A stretch of 64,000 nt of DNA. It comes from Amoebophrya sp. A120. Taxonomy: Eukaryota > Protista > Dinoflagellata. Every line of letters begins with the position of its first letter. The stretch's first letter is position 1. Below, piece by piece: positions 22,729 through 33,551 of the stretch. Position numbers and translations under genes: made by a program. Under the pieces are notes generated by a model that searched no databases, had not been told where the DNA came from, and saw only the letters and a list, made by a program, of their open reading frames with translations. The DNA is taken from NCBI GenBank assembly GCA_905178155.1, contig CAJINV010000017.1, positions 1,356,722 to 1,420,721 of the forward strand, read 5' to 3'.

Positions 22729-23470
22729 ATTATTCCGCTAGATCGAAAAGCAAAAAGAAAAAGTAGCTCAAGGGGCCGAGGCTGATTCTCCAGGCCGGCG
22801 TGGCGCAGGCAGACCTCCCAGCCGGGGCCCGTCTGTCAGACCTGCCTGCCTTGGTCGCTCGCCGGGACCGGGATCGCCGGGCGGGACCGGGACCGCCGGC
22901 GATCTGAAACTGCAGCGCAGCACGCCACCCGAAGGCGCACGCGTCTGCCTCCTGTTCCACTCGATGGATGCAGCAGGCACTGAGTGCCAAAATCGATTTG
23001 CTTAAGATTGTTTGCTTCCCGCAAGCTGTTCAAGCCTTTGAGAGCCTGGGGCGTCGTTCTTCCTTCCAGCGCTGGACACGCTTACTTAGTTCAGCCAGCT
23101 TTAGCGACCTTGCCTGCTATTTTTGCTGCTTCTGCAATTCAAAAGCTTCCCAAGTTCTGCTGCTGGGCCTCACCTTCAAGCTTTGCCTTTTCTTTCGCTT
23201 TCACTTGTAGCTTTTGCTTTTTTACTTTTAGCTTTGGCTAGTGCCCTCGCTTTTACTTTTAGCTTGTACTTTTACTTTTAGTGCTTACCTTCAGTCTTCG
23301 CTTTTAGTTTTTACTTTTAGTTTTTACTTTTAGTTTTTACTTTTAGTTTTTGCTTTTAGTTTTTACTTTTAGTTTTTACTTTTAGTTTTTGCTTTTAGGT
23401 TTTGCTTTTAGTTTCTGCTTTTAGTTTTCACTTTTACTTTTTGGCTTTTGCTTTCAAACTGCGGAATAAT
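22729..23470. mobile_element. Non-autonomous TIR (MITE/foldback-like) element, about 740 bp
   Basis: Perfect 10-bp terminal IR ATTATTCCGC / GCGGAATAAT, extending imperfectly to about 38 bp (GAAAAGCAAAAAGAAAAAGTA vs TACTTTTTGGCTTTTGCTTTC). No TSD found. Confidence 0.6.
23301..23430. repeat. 13-bp minisatellite CTTTTAGTTTTT(A/G), about 10 copies
   Basis: Tandem units read directly, with more degenerate T-rich units on both sides. Confidence 0.9.
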
Positions 23471-24201
23471 ATGTAGTGAGGTCACCGAACGGTTCTAACC
23501 GGGGAGTTTTTTTGCCACCTACCGTGAAAAACGACCGGCAGTTTTCAAGCGGCCGGAAGGCTTTTTTGACATAAAAAATTTCCAATTATCAAGCGGCCGG
23601 GGCTTTGATAGCAAACAAGCCCGGTCGAAAACTATCGATTCGCACTGGATAAAACGACGCAGGGAAGCCGGCAAAAGGGGCGCCCTTCTGAGGCGCCCAC
23701 CGCCTTGGTTTCTGGCGATTTGGGGCGCCCAAAAAGGGGCGCGCAAAAAACGCGCCCAAAATCAGAACAGCGAAACAGCATGGCACGGCCGCGATTTCGG
23801 AGCATCTTGGGCGGCCGCGAAAGCGGCCGCCTTTTCGCCGGTTTTAGAGCCTGGGAAGCTTTGCAAAAAGCGCCGGCGTGAAAAATAAAAACGCGAAAAA
23901 TAAAAAACGCCTCAGACGCGCAAAGCCAATCCGCATGCTATGGGCCCGGTTTTTCTTCGCTTTTTGGGCGCCCCCCGTGGCACCCGGATCGGCCCCATAG
24001 CATCGGGGCTGGCTTTCGGAAAGGAATTTGGGAAATGTGCCAAAATTTGTGATGTTTCCCAAGTGGCCGCCATACCGTGCGGCATAACGTTACTCACGGC
24101 GGTATGGCGAGCCCAGAAAAAACAAAGGCGCGGCCAAGGCGGCGGTCGGCAAAAAAACGCCCACGACCTCACTACCCCCGCCCCGGCGGCTATATTTGGT
24201 A
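23469..24201 (+). mobile_element. 733-bp dispersed element copy 1, with Helentron/Helitron2 non-autonomous (HINE-like) end structure
   Basis: Colinear with 62488-63220. 11-bp IR GTAGTGAGGTC (23473-23483) / GACCTCACTAC (24165-24175), followed by hairpin CCGCC-CC-GGCGG and a shared tail CTATATTTGGTA. No TSD. Confidence 0.8.
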
Positions 24202-24524
24202 GTTTGGCCGTCACGACTTTACTCTTTAGCAAGGGATAGATTTTATCAAGCGAGAAGTACAACTACCTAAACCTATCAATGTGGATGTGGGAAAATGGCG
24301 GTGCCTTTCTTGATGTTCTCACTCTTGGTGAGAACCCAACTGATGTTGAGCTTTATATGCAACGAACAGGCCGTAGGTGGACCTTTCAGAAGACGCTAAA
24401 TAGCGAAGGTATTTTTTGATATAGAAACATAGTACTGAAGTTGCCGGTGCATCTGTTCACTATTACCGCATACGCATTGAGTTGCACTTTCAAGTTCGTC
24501 CATCATCGTATAGAAAAAGAAATT

Positions 24525-26852
24525 ATGGCGAAAAACAAGAAGTCGAAGAAGGCCAAATCCGGCCTGACGATCAAGCCGAACAATACCGAACAACCGCTGA
24601 AGAAGACCGCGAAAGAGAAGCGGGCCCAGGCCACCATGGAAATCCAGCAGGCGAATGACAACTTGAAACAGAAGCAGCAGACGGGCAAAGCCCTTGCCCG
24701 CGACGAGGAAATGACGACCGACACACCGGAGAAACAACTGAAGCGGCAGGTGATTAAGGCGATCGTGGACCCATTGAAGTACGAAATCGGGATCTGGGGA
24801 GATCACGCACCGAAACTAATGCTGCAAGAACGGCAAAAATCCACTGCAAGAACAGAGAAAAAATACACAACTCCAAATCAGCAACACACGACCACGAGCA
24901 CCTCCGCCCTCGCCAAGCTTCTCTACCCGATGAAACCGACCGAGTTTTTCGAAAAATACTTCGAGAAGCGGCCGCTGGTGATCAAAAGAACCAACTACCA
25001 CGCTACCAACGCCGGCAAGGATTTTTACCAAGAGGTCTGCGGATTGGACTACAACAGAAAGGTTATCGAGGAAGAGTTGGAAAAGGAAACCGGGAATCTC
25101 AAATACGGCACGGAAATCACCCTGGCGAAGTTCGACCGAGCGAACCAGTGCAAGGTGATCGAGAACGTGAAGGATGACAACGAAACCGCGACAAAAGACG
25201 AAGTGAAAAACGCGATCGACAAGTTTGGCCTGTCCTGCCAGTGCATGCACCCCCAGCGGTTCTCCCCCTCCGTCGCGAAGTTCCTGGCCGGGCTGGAAGA
25301 CGAGTTTGGGTGCTTGTTCGGCTCCAACTCCTACATCACGCCGGCGAAGAACCACATCGGTTTCGCGCCGCATTTCGACGACGTGGAGGTCTGGATGCTG
25401 CAATTGGAAGGGAAAAAACGCTGGCGGTGTTGGACCCCGGTCGGGAGTGACATCTTCGCAAGAAACTTTTCGTCTTCTTCTTCTTCGAGTAGTAGTGCTA
25501 GCGCAGCAACTTCCTCCATGTGGTCTTCTGTACAGCAAGAGGACCAGCAAAAAACCAAGTCCTCTTTCACGACAGAGTTTTTCGACACTTTGAACTACTC
25601 CGCCTCCCTTCCGCGCGACTACTCCCGCGATTTCACGGTGGACGAGTGCGAGAAGCGGATGGCGCTGAGATTAGACGTGGTGCTCGAGCCGGGCGATTTA
25701 CTCTACATCCCGCGAGGGACGGTCCACTTCGGCGAGTCGATTGACCAAAAAGACAGTTCCCACCACTTAACCGTCTCGACGTTTCAGAAGCACAGCTACG
25801 TGGATTTTTTGAACGAGTTGCTCCCTACGGCGCTAAAGCACTGCGCGGAGAAGGATTTTCGCTTCAGACAGGGACTGCCGGTGGATTTCTACCGGAAAAA
25901 CGGGTCGATTCAGGGGGGACCGGAAGCGCGGTTGAAGAAGAAACTGGCGGAGTTACTGGATTGTGTGAGAGAGAAGATTTGTGCAGAAGATACAGAACAA
26001 GAAACTCTTGAACAGGGGAGTGCGGTGACAAAAACTTCTGATGTGAAAGCGGGCAACAAATTGGTGCAAAACGCGGTCGACCAGATGGGCAGCGATTTCG
26101 TCGTCCAACGACTGCCGCCGCCGGTTCTTGCTGTTGAAGAAAAAACAGCAAACAAATCCTCTCAAGAAGATGAAAGCAAATTCAGAAATCCCGACTGCGG
26201 TTTCGAGATCCCGGAGCAGGACGATACCTTTATCCGCTTCACGAACATCGCGAAACGGTCCATCCGCTGCGCCTTGGATGTCGACCCCGCGACGAACGAA
26301 TTGCAGTGCTTATTGCTATTCCCCTTCCGAAATTTACCCGAATTGCACATGCTCGGCGAGGCGAAACTGGCTGAGTACTACCAGGAGCAAGCGGAACTGG
26401 AGGGAAACGAGAACGGGCAGGCGGAGCCGAAGGGCAGCGTATCATTGGAGGAGATGTTCTTTCCCGCGTTGCGGAAATTAATGCAGGTTTCTAGTGTTGA
26501 TGGCGATAGCACCAGTGCCTCTCCTTGGGTGAAGGTCAGTGAGCTTCCGTTGGAGGAGGGGTGCGACCGGCAGGCCTTGTGTCAGCTACTGAACACACTG
26601 GAACTGCTGGAGATTAAGGACGCCGGGACTGTAGGAGCTGAAGAAGACTGTGAAGATGCGAAAACCGCGGCGGGAAACAAAAACCATGAAGTTGAAGAGA
26701 TTGTTATCGACAGTGATGAAAGCAGTAGCTGTAACGGTGCGGATGGTATGGTGGATGACGAGGAGTCGATGTCCATTATGGATGATGAGTTTGACCTGGA
26801 GGAAGAAGATTTGGAGGAGGAAGACTCTGATGTTGATATTGGCGAGGACTAA
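24525..26852 (+). CDS. RIOX1: JmjC ribosomal oxygenase NO66/RIOX1-like
   Basis: LLYPMKPTEFFEKYFEKRPLVIKR, HPQRF, FGCLFGSNSYITP, GFAPHFDDVEVWMLQLEGKKRW (HxD), LEPGDLLYIPRGTVH and SHHLTVST. Lys-rich N-terminus and acidic tail. Confidence 0.9.
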   Translation: MAKNKKSKKAKSGLTIKPNNTEQPLKKTAKEKRAQATMEIQQANDNLKQKQQTGKALARDEEMTTDTPEKQLKRQVIKAIVDPLKYEIGIWGDHAPKLMLQERQKSTARTEKKYTTPNQQHTTTSTSALAKLLYPMKPTEFFEKYFEKRPLVIKRTNYHATNAGKDFYQEVCGLDYNRKVIEEELEKETGNLKYGTEITLAKFDRANQCKVIENVKDDNETATKDEVKNAIDKFGLSCQCMHPQRFSPSVAKFLAGLEDEFGCLFGSNSYITPAKNHIGFAPHFDDVEVWMLQLEGKKRWRCWTPVGSDIFARNFSSSSSSSSSASAATSSMWSSVQQEDQQKTKSSFTTEFFDTLNYSASLPRDYSRDFTVDECEKRMALRLDVVLEPGDLLYIPRGTVHFGESIDQKDSSHHLTVSTFQKHSYVDFLNELLPTALKHCAEKDFRFRQGLPVDFYRKNGSIQGGPEARLKKKLAELLDCVREKICAEDTEQETLEQGSAVTKTSDVKAGNKLVQNAVDQMGSDFVVQRLPPPVLAVEEKTANKSSQEDESKFRNPDCGFEIPEQDDTFIRFTNIAKRSIRCALDVDPATNELQCLLLFPFRNLPELHMLGEAKLAEYYQEQAELEGNENGQAEPKGSVSLEEMFFPALRKLMQVSSVDGDSTSASPWVKVSELPLEEGCDRQALCQLLNTLELLEIKDAGTVGAEEDCEDAKTAAGNKNHEVEEIVIDSDESSSCNGADGMVDDEESMSIMDDEFDLEEEDLEEEDSDVDIGED

Positions 26853-27353
26853 TGAGGACGGAATCAAGTGGCACTTGTACTTGTTGCGGCTGTGCAAATG
26901 TTATTAGATGGAGCTTTCTTCAAATTATTCATCAACTTCAGCATGGACATAGCACGTTATTACTGTACTAGAAACTATCTTCACGGACGCGCAGCATCTC
27001 TGAAATGCAACTGCATGCAAAGAAAAAGTCTGTGATTCAAATCTTATCACAATAGTAATAGACAGGCCGCTGTGGCTTGCATTTACTTCCTTGTTTCTCT
27101 TTCTATTGCGGGCGAGGCCTCAGAGTTGATGTAGTGTTCGAATTATCATGTCGTGTTGAATTTCGTGCCCTGGTCGACTGCTTGTGAAATCCTTCGCAAC
27201 TACGAAAGCAATCGGCTTTCTTCTTGATTTGTCGTTCTTCTAGTCAGGAGTGTTTTCGGACGGTAAGGATTTTGCTGACTGTCTTTTCGTAGCTGCGTAG
27301 TAGTCAGTCCAACTTTTCTGCAGCAACAGCTGCTGCGACTAACCCAAAGAAAA

Positions 27354-27704
27354 ATGAAGTACAACCTGTTCCCGAAGCTCGATTTCTTTGCTTACCTGAA
27401 GAAGATCCACGTCAGTTACCACCCCGGCCGGCCAAAGACCGAAGTCGCGAGGAGACTGATCATGCGCATGACGAGCGAGAACACGAAGAAGAAGTTTCCG
27501 AACTTGCAGGCCACGTGGGAACTGCTCGGCTACGACGCACCGTCGACCGTGCAAGTGGAATTTTTGAACGGAAGGGAAAAGCGGTTTCTCATTGAGCACT
27601 ACAGCAGGTACGAGATGCAGCACATTGTGGACGAGTGGCAGTATGACGCGCATGTGGAGTACATGAAGGAGAACAATTTAGAAAAGGCAGAGGACGCCGA
27701 TTGA
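27354..27704 (+). CDS. Mitochondrial ribosomal protein mL53-like (L51/S25/CI-B8 fold), 116 aa
   Basis: LKKIHVSYHP..ARRLI..KKKFPNLQ..PSTVQVEFLNG pattern and size match mL53/Mrpl44-type proteins as I recall them. Confidence 0.65.
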   Translation: MKYNLFPKLDFFAYLKKIHVSYHPGRPKTEVARRLIMRMTSENTKKKFPNLQATWELLGYDAPSTVQVEFLNGREKRFLIEHYSRYEMQHIVDEWQYDAHVEYMKENNLEKAEDAD

Positions 27705-28311
27705 TAAAAGCGAGAATGAGATCTTCGATGTGTCGTAAAATAAAAAACTTCCACTTCGTCCAAAGTTCGTGGTACAGATTGATTGTCCCGGTGTTCGAAT
27801 GCCGATCCGACCTCGTGCATACGCATAGTTCCCTGACGAGGCACATTTACGACCTTCATGATGGACGACATCTAGAAGAGTGCTCCTTGTGCTTCCTTAG
27901 CTCAAGCTCTGCCACTCCTGCTATCTTTGTCGCTTCGAAATGCAAGTGAGCACATACTACTTCCTCTTCGTCTCGCTATCGCTTTCTGCCGCTGCCGCAG
28001 TTGGCACACTGCAGTCGTGTCGTTTTATCGTATCTCTGTCGCGATATAATCGTCGTGTTGGGTTACAGTTTAGTTCGCTCCTTCTCGAGATCGTCATTGT
28101 TCCCGTAATTTGAAAGTCGTAAAAGCAACACGATGTCAACAATTATCGTGAGTCTTGCATCAGGCGAGGCGATGCATGAGGATGAACAAGAACAACAAAC
28201 GCGAGATCCACACTATGATGTTTTCACCTGAATTCAAGCACGATTCATGATCTTCAGAGCCCATAGCACGCGCACGCCAAATCTAGTGCATTTAGGGACT
28301 CCAAGTCAAAG

Positions 28312-30531
28312 ATGGGGAGTAGTGCATCGGGAGGTGGAGGATTTGGAACACGAATAGCTGGAGACGCTTTGTTGCAGCATCATCCAACCCGATCTCGGGT
28401 GTCAGGAGGAGCGCCTAGAAGTGTGGGTCCTCTTGCCCAAAATTCTTGTGAAGTACACGAGCAGCACTTTTTCCTGGAAAAGCTATTTTCCTTTGCAGGG
28501 CTTCACGGGCCGAATCCCAAAGGTGCAGTGGTGAACTCACATGCAAGACTAGGACCTCCACCCTCATCCACGGTCTTCTTTGCCGCCGAGTACGACGACC
28601 CCATCGTCCAGGCCCCGACCGCGTACTCCGGCTCCGAGGCCGAGGAGAAACTGCCGGACGACTATTTCTCCAGCGAAATGTTGGACGAGTTTTCGACGAA
28701 AAACGAGGAAAATTACGTGGAGAAGTACAGCTCGCTCGAGAAAAGCCCCGTCCTGGGCTGGGAGCGCGGAGAAGAAACACCGGTGCCGGAGGCTTTCCTA
28801 TCAAAATCAAAATCACACAAGTAGATGAGTTACAAGTTGTATAAGGGTCGTGCTGCCCCCGCGGCTTTTTTTTTTTCCCCGACATGCTTAGTGGTGGACC
28901 TGCAGACCCCACTGCACGGGCAAACAAAACTAACATACCGAGCAGATGCCAGAAGTGAAGCAGAACAGTGGGGCGGCGTCTTTTTTATAGTAATGCCATT
29001 GAAAATGGGCTCATGGTCATGCTCGCGACCCTGGTAGAGCACTTTGCACGAAAAAGATGAGAGCTTTGACTTCATCAGGCAAAAATATCGCTACTTCTTG
29101 TCACACATCAATTACGCCCGCCTTCATTTTCCATACTCTGAGGATGAGATCGACAAGTTCGAGGAGAACAGCTACTACGCCGTTCTCCCCCACGCCCGCA
29201 ATCGGGAAGACGGTCCGGGCCTGTTTCCGCTTTTCAGTAAACTCAACGGCACGGGAAGACTCCAGATCCACAACCCTGACTTTGACAAAGCCAAGCACCA
29301 AGCCGAATTACGGGACGAAATGCGGCCGGAAGGGGGTACCGCCGGCCCGATCCACAAGCCGTTCAACGCCCAGAACTTGATTTTCCAGTTCATCAAGCGG
29401 CACTACATTCAGGACGGGGAGGACGGGTGCGAACCCGTGCCCGGGGAGGACGGGTGTTACGTTGCGGAAATCCGCCCGGTGGCGAAAATCGACTGGAAAG
29501 ATGTGGACCACGAGGAAATCAAAAATTTTGACCATGCGGCAGAACACGACGAGAAAGGTTCTGAAGACACGACCGGAGGAGCAAAGCCAGGAGAGCATCA
29601 CGATGTTGACGAGGACGGCGAGCCGGTGGACGAAAACCAGAAAGACTTTGAAGTGACACAGAAACCTGCTGAAGACAATAAAGTCGAAGGGGAGGATCAA
29701 CAAACACCAAATGATGACTCTTCAGCAGCTGCGAACGATGGCGAAAACGACGAGAATCTGGCGGAACAACAGGAAGAACAGGCTATAAAGGAGAGCAAGG
29801 ACCCGAACTCCCTTTACCACCTCAACGAGGAACAACCGCCGTCGGAAGAGGTCGAACACGAGGAGAAGTACGATTTCAGCCGGATGCACTTTGCGCACAT
29901 TCCGCAGTGCGACACGCTGCATCCGGAGACGGAGCGGGAGAGCAAAGTGCCCTGTTTCCGCATGCTGCCGGAGCTGCCGGTGGACGAGAACAAGGGGGAG
30001 GCGTCCACGGCGTTTATCCCTATGCGAACCACGTGGAACGACAAGAAATTTCGCACCGTCGACAACCCTTCCGGGGAGAAAACCACCATCACCATCGACC
30101 CGCTGCGCACGTTCGCGATTGACGCGCAGAAGGCGCGAGACCGCGAAAGCGCCCACGAGGAGCACAACCGGGAGGAGGAGCTGCAGGAAGATGCCAAGTG
30201 GCTCGAAAACCAGCAGAAAGTGGCCAAGGCGAAGGCCGCCAAGGAGAAAGCCATGACCGAGGAAAAGGTTGCGGAGGATGAATTGAAGAAAGCGAAGGAG
30301 GAGGACCGGCAGAAGGCGCAGAACGAAGTGGAGCAAGCGGAAATCAAGGCCAGTAAAGCAGCGCAAGCCGCGGCGGACATGGCGGAACGGTTCGGGGATG
30401 ACGACCACATGTCTTTAAACACCTCCATGAACGGCGAAGGACCGCCCATGTGGGTCTACGTGCCTATCGGCGAGCCGATTAAGGGACACTTTCCGAGGGG
30501 AGTGTCCGGTGATCCCACGATGTTTTTGTAG
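28312..30531 (+). CDS. Hypothetical acidic/coiled-coil protein; exons about 28312-28820 and 29079-30531, start uncertain
   Basis: Two ORFs join in frame through GT28821-AG29078 (SHK|QKYRYF), and the acceptor has a pyrimidine tract. Confidence 0.65.
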
Positions 30532-31208
30532 ACCACAACATGACCACATTTTGATAGCTTTAGTCGTCGTGAAGGAGAAGAGCAAGAAGAACAAAGAGCT
30601 TGATCCTCCTGCTTGCTACTGGTACGGCAGGCTTTGCTTGTGCCTACAGCTTGTCGTAAATGCATAATTTCGACGAAATGCGTTCCAGGAGCAAAAGGTT
30701 TTCGTGATGCACTTGAAAAAAATTTTTGCACGATGCATTCCTGTGAACAAGGCAGATCAGATTCAGGAAACCTTGGTTGAAGATCAGGAGAACCAAGAAA
30801 AGGCATTCGGACTGATATGATCGAAGACAAAGACGAAGATCGGCGCACGCTCCGCCTCTATTCGTATTCCTGATCGAGCACAGAAAAAATTGGTTGATAG
30901 ATCTCATCTTTCATCTTGTGCATGCTTTCTTTTTTGACCTCAATGCGAAAGTGTGCTTTTAATGACAGGCTGAGATATCATGCGGGAAGCAGCTGCATCT
31001 GCGTGTTCTAGTTCGTAGGAAATAAGTATCAAATCGTGTCGTGGCTCCTTGAGCCGGTTCAATAGTCCACGCATCAAGAAAATCATAATCAACTTTAAGA
31101 GCACTCAGCTGCCGAAGACTTCTAGAGACCACCAGCTGAATTGTTTCATCTTGATGTGTAACTGTTTGTGATGTAGCTGATGTAGCACAGAGGCGCAAGA
31201 CGCGAAAA

Positions 31209-33551
31209 ATGCCGGACCCCCGTAGCGTCCACGCCGCTGTCCGACTGGAGCTGGACCGGAAAAACGGCATCAACCACTTGCGGGCTGTGTTCGCGGAGCA
31301 ATTTGAGCAGAAGCTGGTGCAGAAAGGACACCGGATAAGCGTTGATGAAGATGATCATGGAGGTGGAAAATCAAAATCTGGTGCTCCGTCTGACCACATC
31401 AAGACAAGCACACCGCTTCTTCAGCCGCCCCGCGAGGCTCTGAATCGGTTTCTCTTTTCTGGCCATGAGGAGTCGCTCGCGATGGAACTTGTGGACGACT
31501 GTCCGCTGAAGTTACACAACTGGTACCCGACGGAAATTGAGAAGCAGCGGCAAAACTACGCACACTGGCGCACGGGGATGAGGAAATGGCTGCATCAGGT
31601 CGTACCAGACCAGCTGGGGAACGACTTGGATGTGCCTGGTCTTCAGAAGCAACCAGGCGCCGACACATTTACTTCTGAGCCAGCCAGTGAAGATAGGGTA
31701 GTCTCGCGTGCACGTGGCAGACCTGAGTTTGCGCACGTGTCAGATGCGACTTGGGAGTTACTGCTGCAGGATGAGGAAGAGGAAGTCGAAAGCGTGAAGC
31801 AGGCTGAGGCGACGCCCAGTTGTGGTACAGCTACTACTCCCAATCGGTCAACACCCGATGAGCCAGGAGCTTGCTCATCACGCAGTGACACAGCCACGTC
31901 AAGTCGGGGCGACGGCGACCCCGAAGTAGCTTTGGGGAACGAGGACGAGGACCAGTCAGTATCAGCGTCTTCTGGTTCTAGCGAGGAGATGAACCAGGAG
32001 CAAGAAAACTTGAGGCATGTTAGCCCAGATGAGGACTCACGACGCAACCACACTTCTGAGAACGAGAAGCCCAAGCTGCCCTCTCAGCGACTTACAGTTT
32101 CGCCCAACCAGCTCCGGTCTGCCAGCCGGGAGATCGTCGGGCCGATTGTATTGCCGATTGCAAGGGAGATAGCAAAGGAAATGAGAGAGCTGAGGGATCA
32201 AGCGCTTTTTTGCGTGAAGGAAAGCAATCTGAAAAATCTTCCCCGTTCTCATGGACAAGAAGATGATCATGATCTCCTAACCGTCGACGTCCAGCCAAAC
32301 CCGGAGAAGAAAATTTACGTCATGCGAGCTGGTGACGAGGAAATTACTTTATCTGAGTGGGCCTTGCAGAAGCTCTCCAAGCTGTACCATGAAGAATGTG
32401 ATCGGACGAATGGCAAGGGAAGCAAAGGCGTAGGCGTACTAGCGAGTGAAGTAGATACAGGCTCAGCCGCGCCCCCGTCGGCTCTGGTTGATCATCGAAG
32501 CATAGATTTCTACACGGCGGCCTTCTGCTGTGCTCTACGCTATTCCGCCCTGGGAGGCAAGGAACAGGTCGACGGTGCCGGTCTGCAAGCGGCGATGCCC
32601 CAGAAGGTTTTTGACGTCTTACCGTGGCAGGTGCGGGAATGTTTCGCCAGCCCGTTTAACGTGTCTAAGGCGCCGCCACGGCAAGTGAGAAAAGAGGAAG
32701 CTTCGGCGAGTTCTACAGCTCTTGTAGTGTCAACGAGCGCGGCATCATCACGGGATGACGGAGTCGCCGTGCTCGCCGAGAGCACTAGCGGGTCTCCTGC
32801 TGAGCCGTTGACTGTGCTAGATTCTAATTCGCCAACAAGAAGCTCAACGTCGGACCTTGAAACTGTGGCTCCTGCAGCCAAGCGACGAAAAGTACTGGAC
32901 GATCCCGCTGTGAAAATTCTAGCCGATAGCACAGCTAACGGCTTAATATCAAAACCCAAGCAACACCCAACAAGAACATACAACGCGTACTGCAGCTTCT
33001 TCGAGGAGGACAAGCTTTTCGGGTCTTCTGGCAGTTTCTTCGATTTCATCACCACAGTCGTGCCTCCGGTGCGAGGAGAAGGTGCAGGAGCAGCAGCTCC
33101 ATTTGTAATCGAAAAGGAAGACAATAGCGGCGCTCCCTACTTTTTCGAAGTGAACCCGCCATTTGACGTCGACGTGATCCACCGAGTTCTAACGGCGATA
33201 GAGCGAACACTTTCATCTTCACAAAGAAATAGTGTTGATGCGAATAAAGATAGCAGCACTTCTAAACAAGCGACCTTCCTCCTCATCGTCCCCGAGTGGC
33301 TGCAGCAGGGAACCTTTCGCAAAAACAGTCCGATCGACCGGATTTTGAGTTCCAAATTTCTGAGGGCGACGGTGGTGAAGAAGCCACACAAACACAAGTA
33401 TGTCAAGGGCCGTTGCTGGCATTGGAAGAAAATGGAAAATGGGCCGCCGCTCTCGCCGGGCGTGTCCAAAAGCCGGGCCACGCTGTTGAGCAATTTTATG
33501 GAGAATGAGGAAGCGGAAGAATTGATGGCGAAAATCGCACGAGAATGGTGA
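31209..33551 (+). CDS. PCIF1: PCIF1/CAPAM-like mRNA cap adenosine N6-methyltransferase, 780 aa
   Basis: LRYSALGG, GAGLQAAMPQKVFDVL, ECFASPFN, YCSFF.EDKLFGSSGSFFDF, catalytic FEVNPPF and FLLIVPEW. Confidence 0.85.
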   Translation: MPDPRSVHAAVRLELDRKNGINHLRAVFAEQFEQKLVQKGHRISVDEDDHGGGKSKSGAPSDHIKTSTPLLQPPREALNRFLFSGHEESLAMELVDDCPLKLHNWYPTEIEKQRQNYAHWRTGMRKWLHQVVPDQLGNDLDVPGLQKQPGADTFTSEPASEDRVVSRARGRPEFAHVSDATWELLLQDEEEEVESVKQAEATPSCGTATTPNRSTPDEPGACSSRSDTATSSRGDGDPEVALGNEDEDQSVSASSGSSEEMNQEQENLRHVSPDEDSRRNHTSENEKPKLPSQRLTVSPNQLRSASREIVGPIVLPIAREIAKEMRELRDQALFCVKESNLKNLPRSHGQEDDHDLLTVDVQPNPEKKIYVMRAGDEEITLSEWALQKLSKLYHEECDRTNGKGSKGVGVLASEVDTGSAAPPSALVDHRSIDFYTAAFCCALRYSALGGKEQVDGAGLQAAMPQKVFDVLPWQVRECFASPFNVSKAPPRQVRKEEASASSTALVVSTSAASSRDDGVAVLAESTSGSPAEPLTVLDSNSPTRSSTSDLETVAPAAKRRKVLDDPAVKILADSTANGLISKPKQHPTRTYNAYCSFFEEDKLFGSSGSFFDFITTVVPPVRGEGAGAAAPFVIEKEDNSGAPYFFEVNPPFDVDVIHRVLTAIERTLSSSQRNSVDANKDSSTSKQATFLLIVPEWLQQGTFRKNSPIDRILSSKFLRATVVKKPHKHKYVKGRCWHWKKMENGPPLSPGVSKSRATLLSNFMENEEAEELMAKIAREW

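Noticed and set aside
23301-23430. Telomere-like repeat
   Set aside because: The unit is 13 bp with no GGG run and does not match TTTAGGG or TTAGGG.
23519-24262. ORFs inside the 733-bp element (and in copy 2)
   Set aside because: No transposase or Rep motifs, starts and stops differ between copies, and composition is driven by GC blocks and A-tracts.
28792-29078. Possible fifth introner (TATCAAAA at 28799, GCTTT repeats)
   Set aside because: No matching right arm or frame-compatible 5-bp repeat. The canonical GT28821-AG29078 intron explains the join.
17482-33551. Apparent functional cluster of translation/RNA-modifying genes (methyltransferase, NO66, mL53, PCIF1)
   Set aside because: Interspersed with unrelated genes and acting in different compartments, with no shared regulatory signal seen. 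Likely coincidence.
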